Source: Alphaproteobacteria bacterium (lineage in GTDB: Bacteria > Pseudomonadota > Alphaproteobacteria > RUG11792). Taken from it: 62,971 nucleotides of DNA. Below are positions 42,835 through 51,896 of this stretch, piece after piece (within the stretch, counting starts at the first letter, position 1; every line of letters starts with the position of its first letter). The position numbers and the translations under genes are program-made. The notes beneath the pieces were generated by a model. That model worked only from the letters and a program-made list of their open reading frames with translations. It searched no databases and was not told the origin of the DNA. The stretch spans positions 1-62,971 of the forward strand of contig JAFVEL010000019.1 of NCBI GenBank assembly GCA_017475965.1. Direction: 5' to 3'.

Positions 42835-43778
42835 TAAATATTAACAGCATTAAAAATCTTATTCAGGAAAGTAAATAATAATATATTGCAATGTTTATCA
42901 TATAATTTTTTTTAGATTATAAATCACTGTATCGATATAATCTATAATATCATTTGAATATTAGATGTGAATAATTTTATAATGTGGTTATTACAGGGAC
43001 TATTAATAATGTTTGAAAATAAACATATTAATAGTAAATATTATGAATTATAATTTACTTTTGTGTAATCTCCACGATGTACCGACTTAATAAAAATAAA
43101 AAAATAAGACTTGAAGTTGTTATATTGTAAAACAACAAAAATATTTAAATTAATATATAAGTATAGCAGATAATGCATTACAAAATTCGTATTAAATCAA
43201 TAGAATCACCAAAAATAAATAATAAAACTAGATTTCGTATAATATATCACTATTAAAAATTTAAATAATCGGTTTTGCGTCAATCTATTATTAAATATTG
43301 CTTGAAGTCAGAAAACTAGATTTCATATGTAGTATAAAAACGTTATATTTTAATATTATAGAATAATTGATATGTAATAATATACTATATTGAAATATAA
43401 TCACTTGATGTGTTTTACACCATGCTTGACTAATATACTATTACTTAGTAATAGTATTATTTTAATTGTATGCATTCAATTGTATTTAAGAATGAACGAT
43501 AAGGTAAAATAAATACTAACCATATTTTTTTTAATTAGTAAAATTAATAAATATAAAAAAACATGTTATCAATTAACAGCAATATCATATGGACTTTACT
43601 ATGTATGCCCAAAAATAACATACATTTAATACACGAAGTTATTAGATAAAACAATATTGTATTAGATGATAGAACCAATTCAATAGTAAAATTACTTATA
43701 TTTATATTATTATTAATTCTTTTTTAACTTTTTCTTCCTTTACTTATTAATAAATAACGTTATTTTAGATTTACAAAC

Positions 43779-43973
43779 ATGATAAAAAAGATTTTATTAT
43801 GTACAGCGATGTTAGGTATTGCAACCTTTGGAATTATTAGCACTACTAACGCTTCAACTCATGGTACCTATGGGCTTAGACACATTATCGATGGTAATAA
43901 TAATCATTTTATACTTGATAATACTTCCGATATATTTATAAATACTGAAGGGGTAGGGAGTATTTCCAAATAA
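43779..43973 (+). CDS. small secreted peptide (orphan)
   Basis: Classical signal peptide MIKKILLCTAMLGIATFGIISTTNA, then a 39-aa mature part. No family recognised. Confidence 0.35.
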   Translation: MIKKILLCTAMLGIATFGIISTTNASTHGTYGLRHIIDGNNNHFILDNTSDIFINTEGVGSISK

Positions 43974-44358
43974 TCCAATTTTAGTAGAATTTATTGTTTA
44001 ATATAACATATAATTAATATAACTTTTTTGAGCACTAATAATAATATACAAACATAACTAATTACTCTTGTATTACAAAAAATGTAATAATGATTACTAC
44101 ACATATATTACTTATTATGTTTGTAGGAGTATTTTTTATTGAAAAATAGATTTGAAATTTGATGCATAAAATTATTTTTGAATATAATAAAAATATTTGT
44201 AAAAGCTCAGACGCAAATATTATTAGTAATAGAAAATAAAAACTAGTAATATGTAAAAAAATATCATAATAAATTATAATAAGCAAGAAATGTTGAATAG
44301 TGAAATCTTATAAAAATTATGTTTAATACAATAGAGCATTTATAAATAAAATGAATTA

Positions 44359-44937
44359 TTATTCTCTATAAACAGTGTTACTATTATACGTATTTAAAGA
44401 TTTTAACTTCAATTCTGCTTCCTTTTTACATATTAATATGTATTCCCTCAAATCTTTTATATCATCATTTTTTGATGCTTTATCAAGCCAATATATTGCT
44501 TTTCGTAATGTTTTACTGGATTTACTATACTTAAAGTAAACTGCACCAGCATTGAATTGAGCAGCACCATTTCCCATCTTTGCTGCCTTGACATAACATC
44601 TTAGAGCTTCCTTATGGTTTTTCTTTCTTATATCTCCGGAATAATATCCATCTCCTATAGAATTAATAGCTTCTGGAGAACCCATTTTCGAGGCTTTTGT
44701 TAAATAAATATCAGCATTTTTAAAATCTTTCTCAGATAAGTAAATTGTACCTAGTAAATAGCAACAATAAGCATTATGTATATTTCTTTGTAAATACTGC
44801 TTAGCTATTTTTGATTTATGAGGTAGTAGTTCAAAAATATAATTATCTATAGATTCTTTATTAGTATTATTTGTATTTGAAGCCGGCAATACATTACTAG
44901 TTATCAATAATAATATCAACAAAATTTTCAGTTTCAT
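44359..44937 (-). CDS. Sel1-repeat (TPR-like) secreted protein
   Basis: Signal peptide MKLKILLILLLITSNVLPA. Sel1-type repeats include AINSIGDGYYSGDIRKKNHKEALRCYVKAAKMGNGAAQFNAGAVY and LRKAIYWLDKASKN. Confidence 0.8.
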   Translation of the reverse strand: MKLKILLILLLITSNVLPASNTNNTNKESIDNYIFELLPHKSKIAKQYLQRNIHNAYCCYLLGTIYLSEKDFKNADIYLTKASKMGSPEAINSIGDGYYSGDIRKKNHKEALRCYVKAAKMGNGAAQFNAGAVYFKYSKSSKTLRKAIYWLDKASKNDDIKDLREYILICKKEAELKLKSLNTYNSNTVYRE

Positions 44938-45207
44938 GATATTTTCATAAAAAATACTACTTCTATTATAATTCTATAACACATTAATACATATAAAACC
45001 ATTATATTGCGTATATTAAAACTTGCAACATTATAATTTTATGAAATACAAAATTATACATATATGTATTTATTTGTTTAGCTCTTATGTTGCAAAATGT
45101 TACTATGTTAAAATAATTTGCTAATCTTATAGTCATTACTTTTAGTGTAATTATATATTATTTCTCCATACAATAAAAAATTAAGAATTGAAAATCAATA
45201 GTAATAA

Positions 45208-46008
45208 TTATATCAAACATATAAATATTAATCCTATTATTATTCTATACCACATTATTACATAAAAACCATTTTTCTCCATATATTTAATACATGGTTC
45301 TATGAAAATAATTCCTATTATTCCAGTTAGTAATACTGCAAATAATGTTTTAATATCTATAGTGTTTAACGTATTGTATTTGTACATATTGATTAATTCC
45401 AGAACTAATGAACCACTAATACTTGGTATTGCTAATAGTAATGATGTTTTTATAGCTCTTGCCCTGTCTATATTCAATATTCTACACGCTGTAATACATA
45501 TACCCGATCTACTAACACCTGGAAATATTGCTAATGATTGAAATAATCCTATTATTATGTATTGCAGTATATTACTTTTACAATTTATTCTGATATTGTA
45601 CTTATCTGTTACATGTAATATAATACCAAATGCAATCAATGTAATACCAATAATAACAGGAATATCAAAACTGTGCAGAAAATTACTGAATATAGCACCA
45701 GCAATTATTACTGGAATTGTACTGAACACCATTAAATTAAAAGCAGTATTAGATAATTTTATTTTATTAGTAAATAATCCTAAAATAATTTTCCATATAA
45801 TTTGTCTAAAATATATTAATAAAGCTAATAAACTTCCACCATGTAATGCTATTTTTAAAGATAATGATAAATCATTAAATGATAATAATTTAGATATTAA
45901 AGTAATATTCGATGAAGAACTAATAGGTAAAAATTCTCCAATACCTTGAACTGTACTTAATACCAGAATTTCAATGTAATTCATATTATCAACAAGTATA
46001 TTGAACAA
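45208..46008 (-). CDS. uppP: undecaprenyl-diphosphate phosphatase (BacA/UppP family)
   Basis: GIGEFLPISSSSN (family motif EFLP(V/I)SS.GH, here ending SN), FPGVSRSG, and 7-8 TM segments. Confidence 0.88.
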   Translation of the reverse strand: MFNILVDNMNYIEILVLSTVQGIGEFLPISSSSNITLISKLLSFNDLSLSLKIALHGGSLLALLIYFRQIIWKIILGLFTNKIKLSNTAFNLMVFSTIPVIIAGAIFSNFLHSFDIPVIIGITLIAFGIILHVTDKYNIRINCKSNILQYIIIGLFQSLAIFPGVSRSGICITACRILNIDRARAIKTSLLLAIPSISGSLVLELINMYKYNTLNTIDIKTLFAVLLTGIIGIIFIEPCIKYMEKNGFYVIMWYRIIIGLIFICLI

Positions 46009-46110
46009 TTTTAATTTTATACATATGTGAGATTTTTGTACATGGTAAGTTAACTAAAAATTAATACATAATTGTTATTCTATAAGTAGTGATTAATATT
46101 GTGGTGTATT

Positions 46111-46866
46111 ATGTTATATAAGATAATTATTATGTGTATATTGGCAACAAGTGCTGTACAAGCAAATTCTATAACAAAGAATGAAATAATAAGCAGTGAT
46201 TCATCTTCATTATTTCTACAAGAAAAACTAACTAATAACAATAGTAATTCGAGTAGTAGTATTGCCTCTACAACTTCCACTAACAGTAGTAATTCTTCCT
46301 GTACAAGTGAATACAGTGGTGACTTTCATACCAAAAGAAACAGTTATGACTCCCAAGATAATTGCATTACATTCATACCAATTAATTCAAATCTGATAAA
46401 CAATTCAAAGACATTACATAATCAAAATGATATAAAAATAAATCCTATTAATACTTATAATGAGAATAATTTAACGTTGAATAAAGAAATTAATGAATGT
46501 TTTATAAAACATCATGGAAATAAGACTTTAGATTTTAACAAAGCCAAACAATTATTATTAACATTATATAATGATTTTAATAATTTAAGTAATAATCCAA
46601 AAGATAATAAATTATCAATAGATGCAATAAATAATAGGTTCTATGTTCTTGTAAATATATCATGTAGTTTTATAAAGGTAAATAAAGAACTAAATTTGAA
46701 TAATAATATAACAGATGATGATATTAATGATGTGTCCAACTTTAGCGAATTATTATACTATGAAAGTGGATTGTTTACTAAAGATGTTATATTAAAATAC
46801 TTCCATGAAAATAAAGTATATTTCTTTGATTTATTACAACCATTGATATCAACAAACGTAGAATAA
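46111..46866 (+). CDS. hypothetical secreted protein (orphan, Ser/Asn-rich)
   Basis: The ATG at 46111 gives the signal peptide MLYKIIIMCILATSAVQA. Contains SSCTSE...DFHTKRNSYDSQDN, the module shared with the ORFs at 28.6 and 33.6 kb. The ORF track starts at a TTG at 46099. Confidence 0.6.
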   Translation: MLYKIIIMCILATSAVQANSITKNEIISSDSSSLFLQEKLTNNNSNSSSSIASTTSTNSSNSSCTSEYSGDFHTKRNSYDSQDNCITFIPINSNLINNSKTLHNQNDIKINPINTYNENNLTLNKEINECFIKHHGNKTLDFNKAKQLLLTLYNDFNNLSNNPKDNKLSIDAINNRFYVLVNISCSFIKVNKELNLNNNITDDDINDVSNFSELLYYESGLFTKDVILKYFHENKVYFFDLLQPLISTNVE

Positions 46867-46952
46867 AATATTAATTACTTTACTTTTATTTTTAATTGTA
46901 TTCATATAATTCTGTATTATTCTGTCTTTGAAATACATGTTATTGCTAATTT

Positions 46953-47324
46953 TCAGCATTCAGTAAATAATTTCCTTAAATTATTATGTCCAACAAAATT
47001 AATATTATACATTTCGTAAATTTCTCGTTCATACCAATTTGCATTTTCAAATATATCTATAATACTTCTAGTTAATTTGTTTGTTACATGAGTGTATATA
47101 CAAACATTCTCATTATTTTCATAATTTAATAAGTGATAATAAATAGTATTACTATAATTATCATTTCTAGTATTAATAGCAAAACAATCAATTAAATTGA
47201 AATTATTATTTTTGAATATTAACAAAATATCATATACATTATTATTATCAACTAATAAGTATAATAAATTATTTAATATTTCTCTCTCACAATTATATTG
47301 TTGTAATATTGTATCAATATCCAT
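46953..47324 (-). CDS. NuoC (complex I 30-kDa subunit) family fragment, likely relic
   Basis: The C terminus ENANWYEREIYEMYNINFVGHNNLRKLFTEC matches the alphaproteobacterial NuoC block ANWYEREV.DM.G..F.GHPDLRRILTDYGF. It stops before the GHPLRKDFP segment. There are no nuoB or nuoD neighbours. Confidence 0.6.
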   Translation of the reverse strand: MDIDTILQQYNCEREILNNLLYLLVDNNNVYDILLIFKNNNFNLIDCFAINTRNDNYSNTIYYHLLNYENNENVCIYTHVTNKLTRSIIDIFENANWYEREIYEMYNINFVGHNNLRKLFTEC

Positions 47325-47359
47325 TTAATATATCATTGAACTAAGGTTTTATTTCAAAT

Positions 47360-47800
47360 CTAATTTTTATGTCTAAATGCATCTAAAGATATAATTTTAT
47401 TTTGTTTTACTTCTTCTGATTCAACTTTTTCTAATTTTATATCTGCAAAGTTAGGAATGAAGTTCAAAGTAAAATCTTCAGATGGATCATTAACTGTTAT
47501 TAGTGAAGCAAATGGTACATATATGTGTTCATCTGCACTATCAAATGCTAAATTAACAGAAAAACCATAATCATCAACATATAAGTCCCAGAACTCATAT
47601 TGCAATACTATTGTTAACTCATCATCAAACTCTTCCTTTAGCACATTTGATACTTTCACATCTGGATGTTTTAAGGAAAAAGTAATGTATAAATGTTGTT
47701 CATTATTAAATCCAGTTTTAGCAACTTGCTCAAGTATTTTTTTTACTACAGAGATTGAGGCATCTCTCAATAAGTTTTCATAATTGAGTTTTTGATTCAC
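47360..47800 (-). CDS. sspB: ClpXP adaptor SspB, alphaproteobacterial type
   Basis: HLYITFSLKHPDVKV, ELTIVLQYEFWDLYVDDYGFSVNLAF, VPFASLITVNDPS, and the C-terminal ClpX-binding-like tail IISLDAFRHKN. GTG start with AAGGAG 8 nt upstream. Confidence 0.85.
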   Translation of the reverse strand: MNQKLNYENLLRDASISVVKKILEQVAKTGFNNEQHLYITFSLKHPDVKVSNVLKEEFDDELTIVLQYEFWDLYVDDYGFSVNLAFDSADEHIYVPFASLITVNDPSEDFTLNFIPNFADIKLEKVESEEVKQNKIISLDAFRHKN

Positions 47801-47814
47801 ATTAAACTCCTTTT

Positions 47815-48185
47815 AGATGGAGGGATTCTGTTGATCGGTTCCCTCCACACCGCATAACGTTACTGTTATTTTAACATAACAGCACTGCAATAGTTAAATT
47901 TGTCTTAAACAAGAACAATATTTACTATTAAGCAGCTTTCGTTTTTGCAACTTTCCTTTTCCTATTACGGTTGGCTGCTATACGAATTACGTTGCCTTTT
48001 CTATTTAAATTGGCATTTATATTGTTTTTAGCCCGATAACGACGGATACCATGCCGAGTGAAAAATAAACCTTTAATTCTTTATGTCGAACCTATTTCGT
48101 CCCCATATAATAAAAAATGGTGGAGACGCAGGGTACCGCCCCCTGGTCCATAAAGACTATTCCGTAAACCTTTTATCACTATAGT
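47815..48185 (-). ncRNA. ssrA: two-piece (circularly permuted) tmRNA
   Basis: On the minus strand the acceptor piece ends ...GGACCAGGGGGCGGTACCCTGCGTCTCCACCA (CCA at 48120..48118). A 13-nt spacer follows. The coding piece then starts GGGGACGAAATAGGTTCGAC at 48104. GGGGACG pairs with CGTCTCC, giving G3:U70. ATAAAG/CTTTAT forms the P2 helix. The tag frame is 48014..47928. The 3' hairpin GGAGGGA...TCCCTCC lies at 47819..47846. Confidence 0.88.
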
Positions 48186-49906
48186 ACCAATGTACAATAA
48201 TATTGTAACATGAATTGAAAAAATATACAATAGTAATCTATCCATATTTAATTTTTTGCATTAATGTAACACAGTATAGTTATTGTGATTATATTTATTT
48301 AATAATTATTGTTTGGCTGACGTTTACTAATCTAATATTGTTCCAATTCCTTGGTATATTGCACAGATTATACGTTTTCTTATTCATGTGTTCTTGTTTT
48401 ATTATTTTGTCAATTAATTTTATGATGAATTGTCCTCATAGGTAGTATTATTAAAATTACTCTTGCAATTGGAACCATATTCACAATTATTAAGCAAATT
48501 ATTTTAAGAAAAGTCATTATTACAACAACCAATATTATTAGAATATTTAATATTATTCCAAGTATACTTTAGACAAGGGTAATATTAATTATTTTTGCTA
48601 AGATTGTTATTAATATTATTTTAATATGTAAAATAATTAGGCACTCATTTTAATTTTAATGCTACATGTTATCATATACTGCTAATATTACCAGAATAAG
48701 TAAAAGTATTATTATTTACTCGGCGGTAATTTTTATTACTGATAAATTTATCCAGTTAGCTTCTATTTAGTTTGATGTATTATTTTCGATTTGATTATTT
48801 AATATTTGCAATTTTGTATTATCCATTGTTTAATGTTTAATTCTTTTATTGGGAAATATTTTTTTATTACAATGGTAATATTGCCAAGTTATGTATTTAA
48901 CTTATTGTACTATTACAGTTATTTTATTATATTCCACAGTTATAATAGCTTTTTTTATAATATTTTATGTTAAAAATAGTACATATGTGCCCAAATGATC
49001 GTAATCATATTTTGATATATTTTTATTAAAATGTTATTTTTATTAAAATTGGTATTATGAATTGGGAAATTATTGAAATTGTGAAAATTTACTGTGTGGT
49101 AATATTTAGTAATGTTTTGCACGATATTTATGAAGATATCTAAAGTATTTTCTGGTATAGAGATTATTATAATTATCATGAATAATGTTTCCATAGTTAA
49201 TGTTGGGTAGCGAAGAAGCATTAATGTAATACTTTCAATAGTTGCGATACTTAACATAATAAATTTTTTCTCATGTTATTATATTCCAATTTAAGTTATC
49301 TACTTGTATTGTAGATGAAGCAAATTAAGGAATTGTGGAGAAATATTGTAGATGCAATAGCATATTAGTTATAGTAAATCCATTATAACTAACATTTAAT
49401 ATCATGTAGTGTAGTAAAAATTCTATACACATATTAAATAATACAATAATTTTGTTCTATTACATATCTTCGTAATTCAAAAATTCCATTGCAATGCTGT
49501 AATATTTTCCACATAATTTGTAAGCAATCTCCAATATTTGAGTCCCTCCTTCATACTATTCATGATGCTTCACGTCATCAACGAAATATTTTCATAAATA
49601 CGCAACTATATCTTTTGTATATAAATCCTGTTGTTCATTACTAAAATGAGAAGTAATACTATTTACAGCTACATTTTTATTGCACTTCAATAATTATTCA
49701 CTAGCATTTACCATATAATGTCCTATTGTTGTAAATATTAAACTTATCATTAATTAATAACTTTAAATTACTAATATAAATAAAATACTTCCTATTATTA
49801 TACTAATACATATCAAAAAAAAACAAGAGGAAAAATAATATTTACTTATATTTTTTGTATTATAATAATATCTTATCTCATATTTTCTAGGTATTTATTT
49901 AAATAT

Positions 49907-51895
49907 TTAATTTTCTTTATGCAATTTTTTATATATTATTTCATCATCACATTTCGGACAGTATTCATGTTCTCCAGCTAAGTATCCATGTTTAGGACAT
50001 ATGGAAAATGTTGGTGTTACTGTAATATATGGTATTTTATATTTGCTTAAAACTTTTCTAACTAGATTCTTACATGCTGTGCCACTGGACATTCTTTCTC
50101 CCATGTACAAATGCACTACTGTTCCTCCAGTGTATTTTCTCTGCAATTCCTCTTGATGATCTAACGCCTCGAATAAATCATCAGTATATCCAACTGGTAA
50201 TTGTGAAGAATTAGTATAATAATGAGAATTATTAGCAACGTTATTTCCAGCTTGTATTATGTCGGGATATCTCTTTTTGTCTTCTCTAGCAAATCTATAC
50301 ATACAGCCTTCAGCTGGTGTTGCTTCTAGATTATATAAATGTCCAGTTTGGACTTGAAATTTAACTAGTTTAGCTCTAATAAAATCTAACACTTTTATTG
50401 CTAATTCTTTGCCTTCGTGGTCAGATATGTCATGTTTATCATTAGTGAAATTCCTTACCATTTCATTAATTCCATTAACACCAATGGTCGAAAAGTGATT
50501 CTTAAATGTTCCTAAGTATCTCTTAGTATATGGATATAATCCTTTATTCATTAATTCAACTACAGTATTTCTTTTGGTTTCTAAACAAGATTTAGATAAT
50601 TCCAATAATTCTTCTAAATGATTATATAATAATTGTAAGTTACCTTTATGTAAATATCCCAATCTAGCACAATTTATAGTTACAACTCCTACTGAACCAG
50701 TTTGTTCAGCTGATCCGAATAATCCATTTCCCCTCTTAAGTAATTCTCTTAAATCTAATTGCAATCTACAACACATTGATCTTATCATATTTGGAGATAA
50801 ATCAGAATTAACAAAATTCTGAAAGTAAGGAATACCATACTTAGCTGTCATTTCAAATAGTAAATCGGTATTTTCTCCATCCCAGTTGAAATCCTTAGTT
50901 ATATTATATGTAGGTATTGGGAAAGTAAATATACGTCCTTTTGCATCTCCATCAATCATAGTTTGTATAAATGCCTTGTTTATAATGTCCATTTCTTTTT
51001 GAAGATCACCATAAGTAAAATCAACTTCTGTACCACCTATTATTGGATGTTCATCTCTCAATCCTTCTGGACAAGTCCAATCTAAAGTAACATTACTAAA
51101 TGGTGTCTGAGTCCCCCAACGTGTTGGGACATTCATATTAAATATAAACGATTGTATACAATGATATACCTCATCATAAGACATATTATCTATTTTAACA
51201 AAAGGGGCTAAATAAGTATCAAAACTACTAAATGCTTGTGCTCCTGCCCATTCATTTTGTAATGTACCAAGGAAATTAACCATTTGCCCAAGAGCAGTAG
51301 ATAAATGCTTCGGAGGAGTGGATTCTATTTTTCCAACTACTCCATTAAAACCTTCAGTTAAAAGCATTTTGAGTGACCACCCAGCACAGTATCCACTTAA
51401 CATATCCAAGTCATGAATATGCAAAAATCCTTCCACATGAGCTGCTGATACTTTGGGGTGATATACATTATTTAACCAATAATTTGCTATTACTTTACCA
51501 GAGAGATTTAATATTAGTCCACCTAACGAATAACCTAAATTAGCATTAGCATGAACTCTCCAATCTATATTATCTATATATTCTCTTACTGCATATCCGG
51601 CATTTATATTACCACCAGTACTATTTTTATTGGCATGAACATTTGCGTTATTATTAGTTTTTGCATTATTATTAATTAATGCTAATGTCTCTGCTATTAC
51701 TGAACTTATACTTTCTGCTTTTACTTTTATATCAGATGCAGTATCTTCAAGTTTTGATATTACTAAATTAGTTAATCCATTTATTTCCAATGGATTTGTT
51801 TTAGTAGCTTTGTGTATTGTATTAATAATTTTCTCTTTATTAAAATTTTCAATTAAACCATTTCGTTTTATTACATAAGATATATTTTGTTTCAT
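49907..51895 (-). CDS. nrdD: anaerobic (class III) ribonucleoside-triphosphate reductase NrdD-like, C-terminally short
   Basis: ATP-cone YVIKRNGLIENFNKEKI, then FLHIHDLD, RSMCCRL, GSVGVVTINCARL, LYNLEATPAE, YYTNSS, and Zn ribbon CPKHGYLAGEHEYCPKC. The ORF stops 15 aa after the last Cys with no R..GY motif. Confidence 0.85.
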   Translation of the reverse strand: MKQNISYVIKRNGLIENFNKEKIINTIHKATKTNPLEINGLTNLVISKLEDTASDIKVKAESISSVIAETLALINNNAKTNNNANVHANKNSTGGNINAGYAVREYIDNIDWRVHANANLGYSLGGLILNLSGKVIANYWLNNVYHPKVSAAHVEGFLHIHDLDMLSGYCAGWSLKMLLTEGFNGVVGKIESTPPKHLSTALGQMVNFLGTLQNEWAGAQAFSSFDTYLAPFVKIDNMSYDEVYHCIQSFIFNMNVPTRWGTQTPFSNVTLDWTCPEGLRDEHPIIGGTEVDFTYGDLQKEMDIINKAFIQTMIDGDAKGRIFTFPIPTYNITKDFNWDGENTDLLFEMTAKYGIPYFQNFVNSDLSPNMIRSMCCRLQLDLRELLKRGNGLFGSAEQTGSVGVVTINCARLGYLHKGNLQLLYNHLEELLELSKSCLETKRNTVVELMNKGLYPYTKRYLGTFKNHFSTIGVNGINEMVRNFTNDKHDISDHEGKELAIKVLDFIRAKLVKFQVQTGHLYNLEATPAEGCMYRFAREDKKRYPDIIQAGNNVANNSHYYTNSSQLPVGYTDDLFEALDHQEELQRKYTGGTVVHLYMGERMSSGTACKNLVRKVLSKYKIPYITVTPTFSICPKHGYLAGEHEYCPKCDDEIIYKKLHKEN

Positions 51896-51896
51896 A

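Noticed and set aside
43224-43330. Short direct repeat AAAACTAGATTTC about 88 nt apart in the 42.8-43.8 kb gap.
   Set aside because: Only 13 nt are shared, and I could not align the flanks convincingly. The evidence is insufficient to call a repeat family.
48215-49257. ORFs 48215..48445 (plus strand) and 48970..49257 (minus strand) as real genes.
   Set aside because: The translations are Ile/Phe/Asn-rich low complexity with no RBS and no motifs, and they are embedded in stop-dense DNA. They are treated as chance ORFs in degraded sequence.
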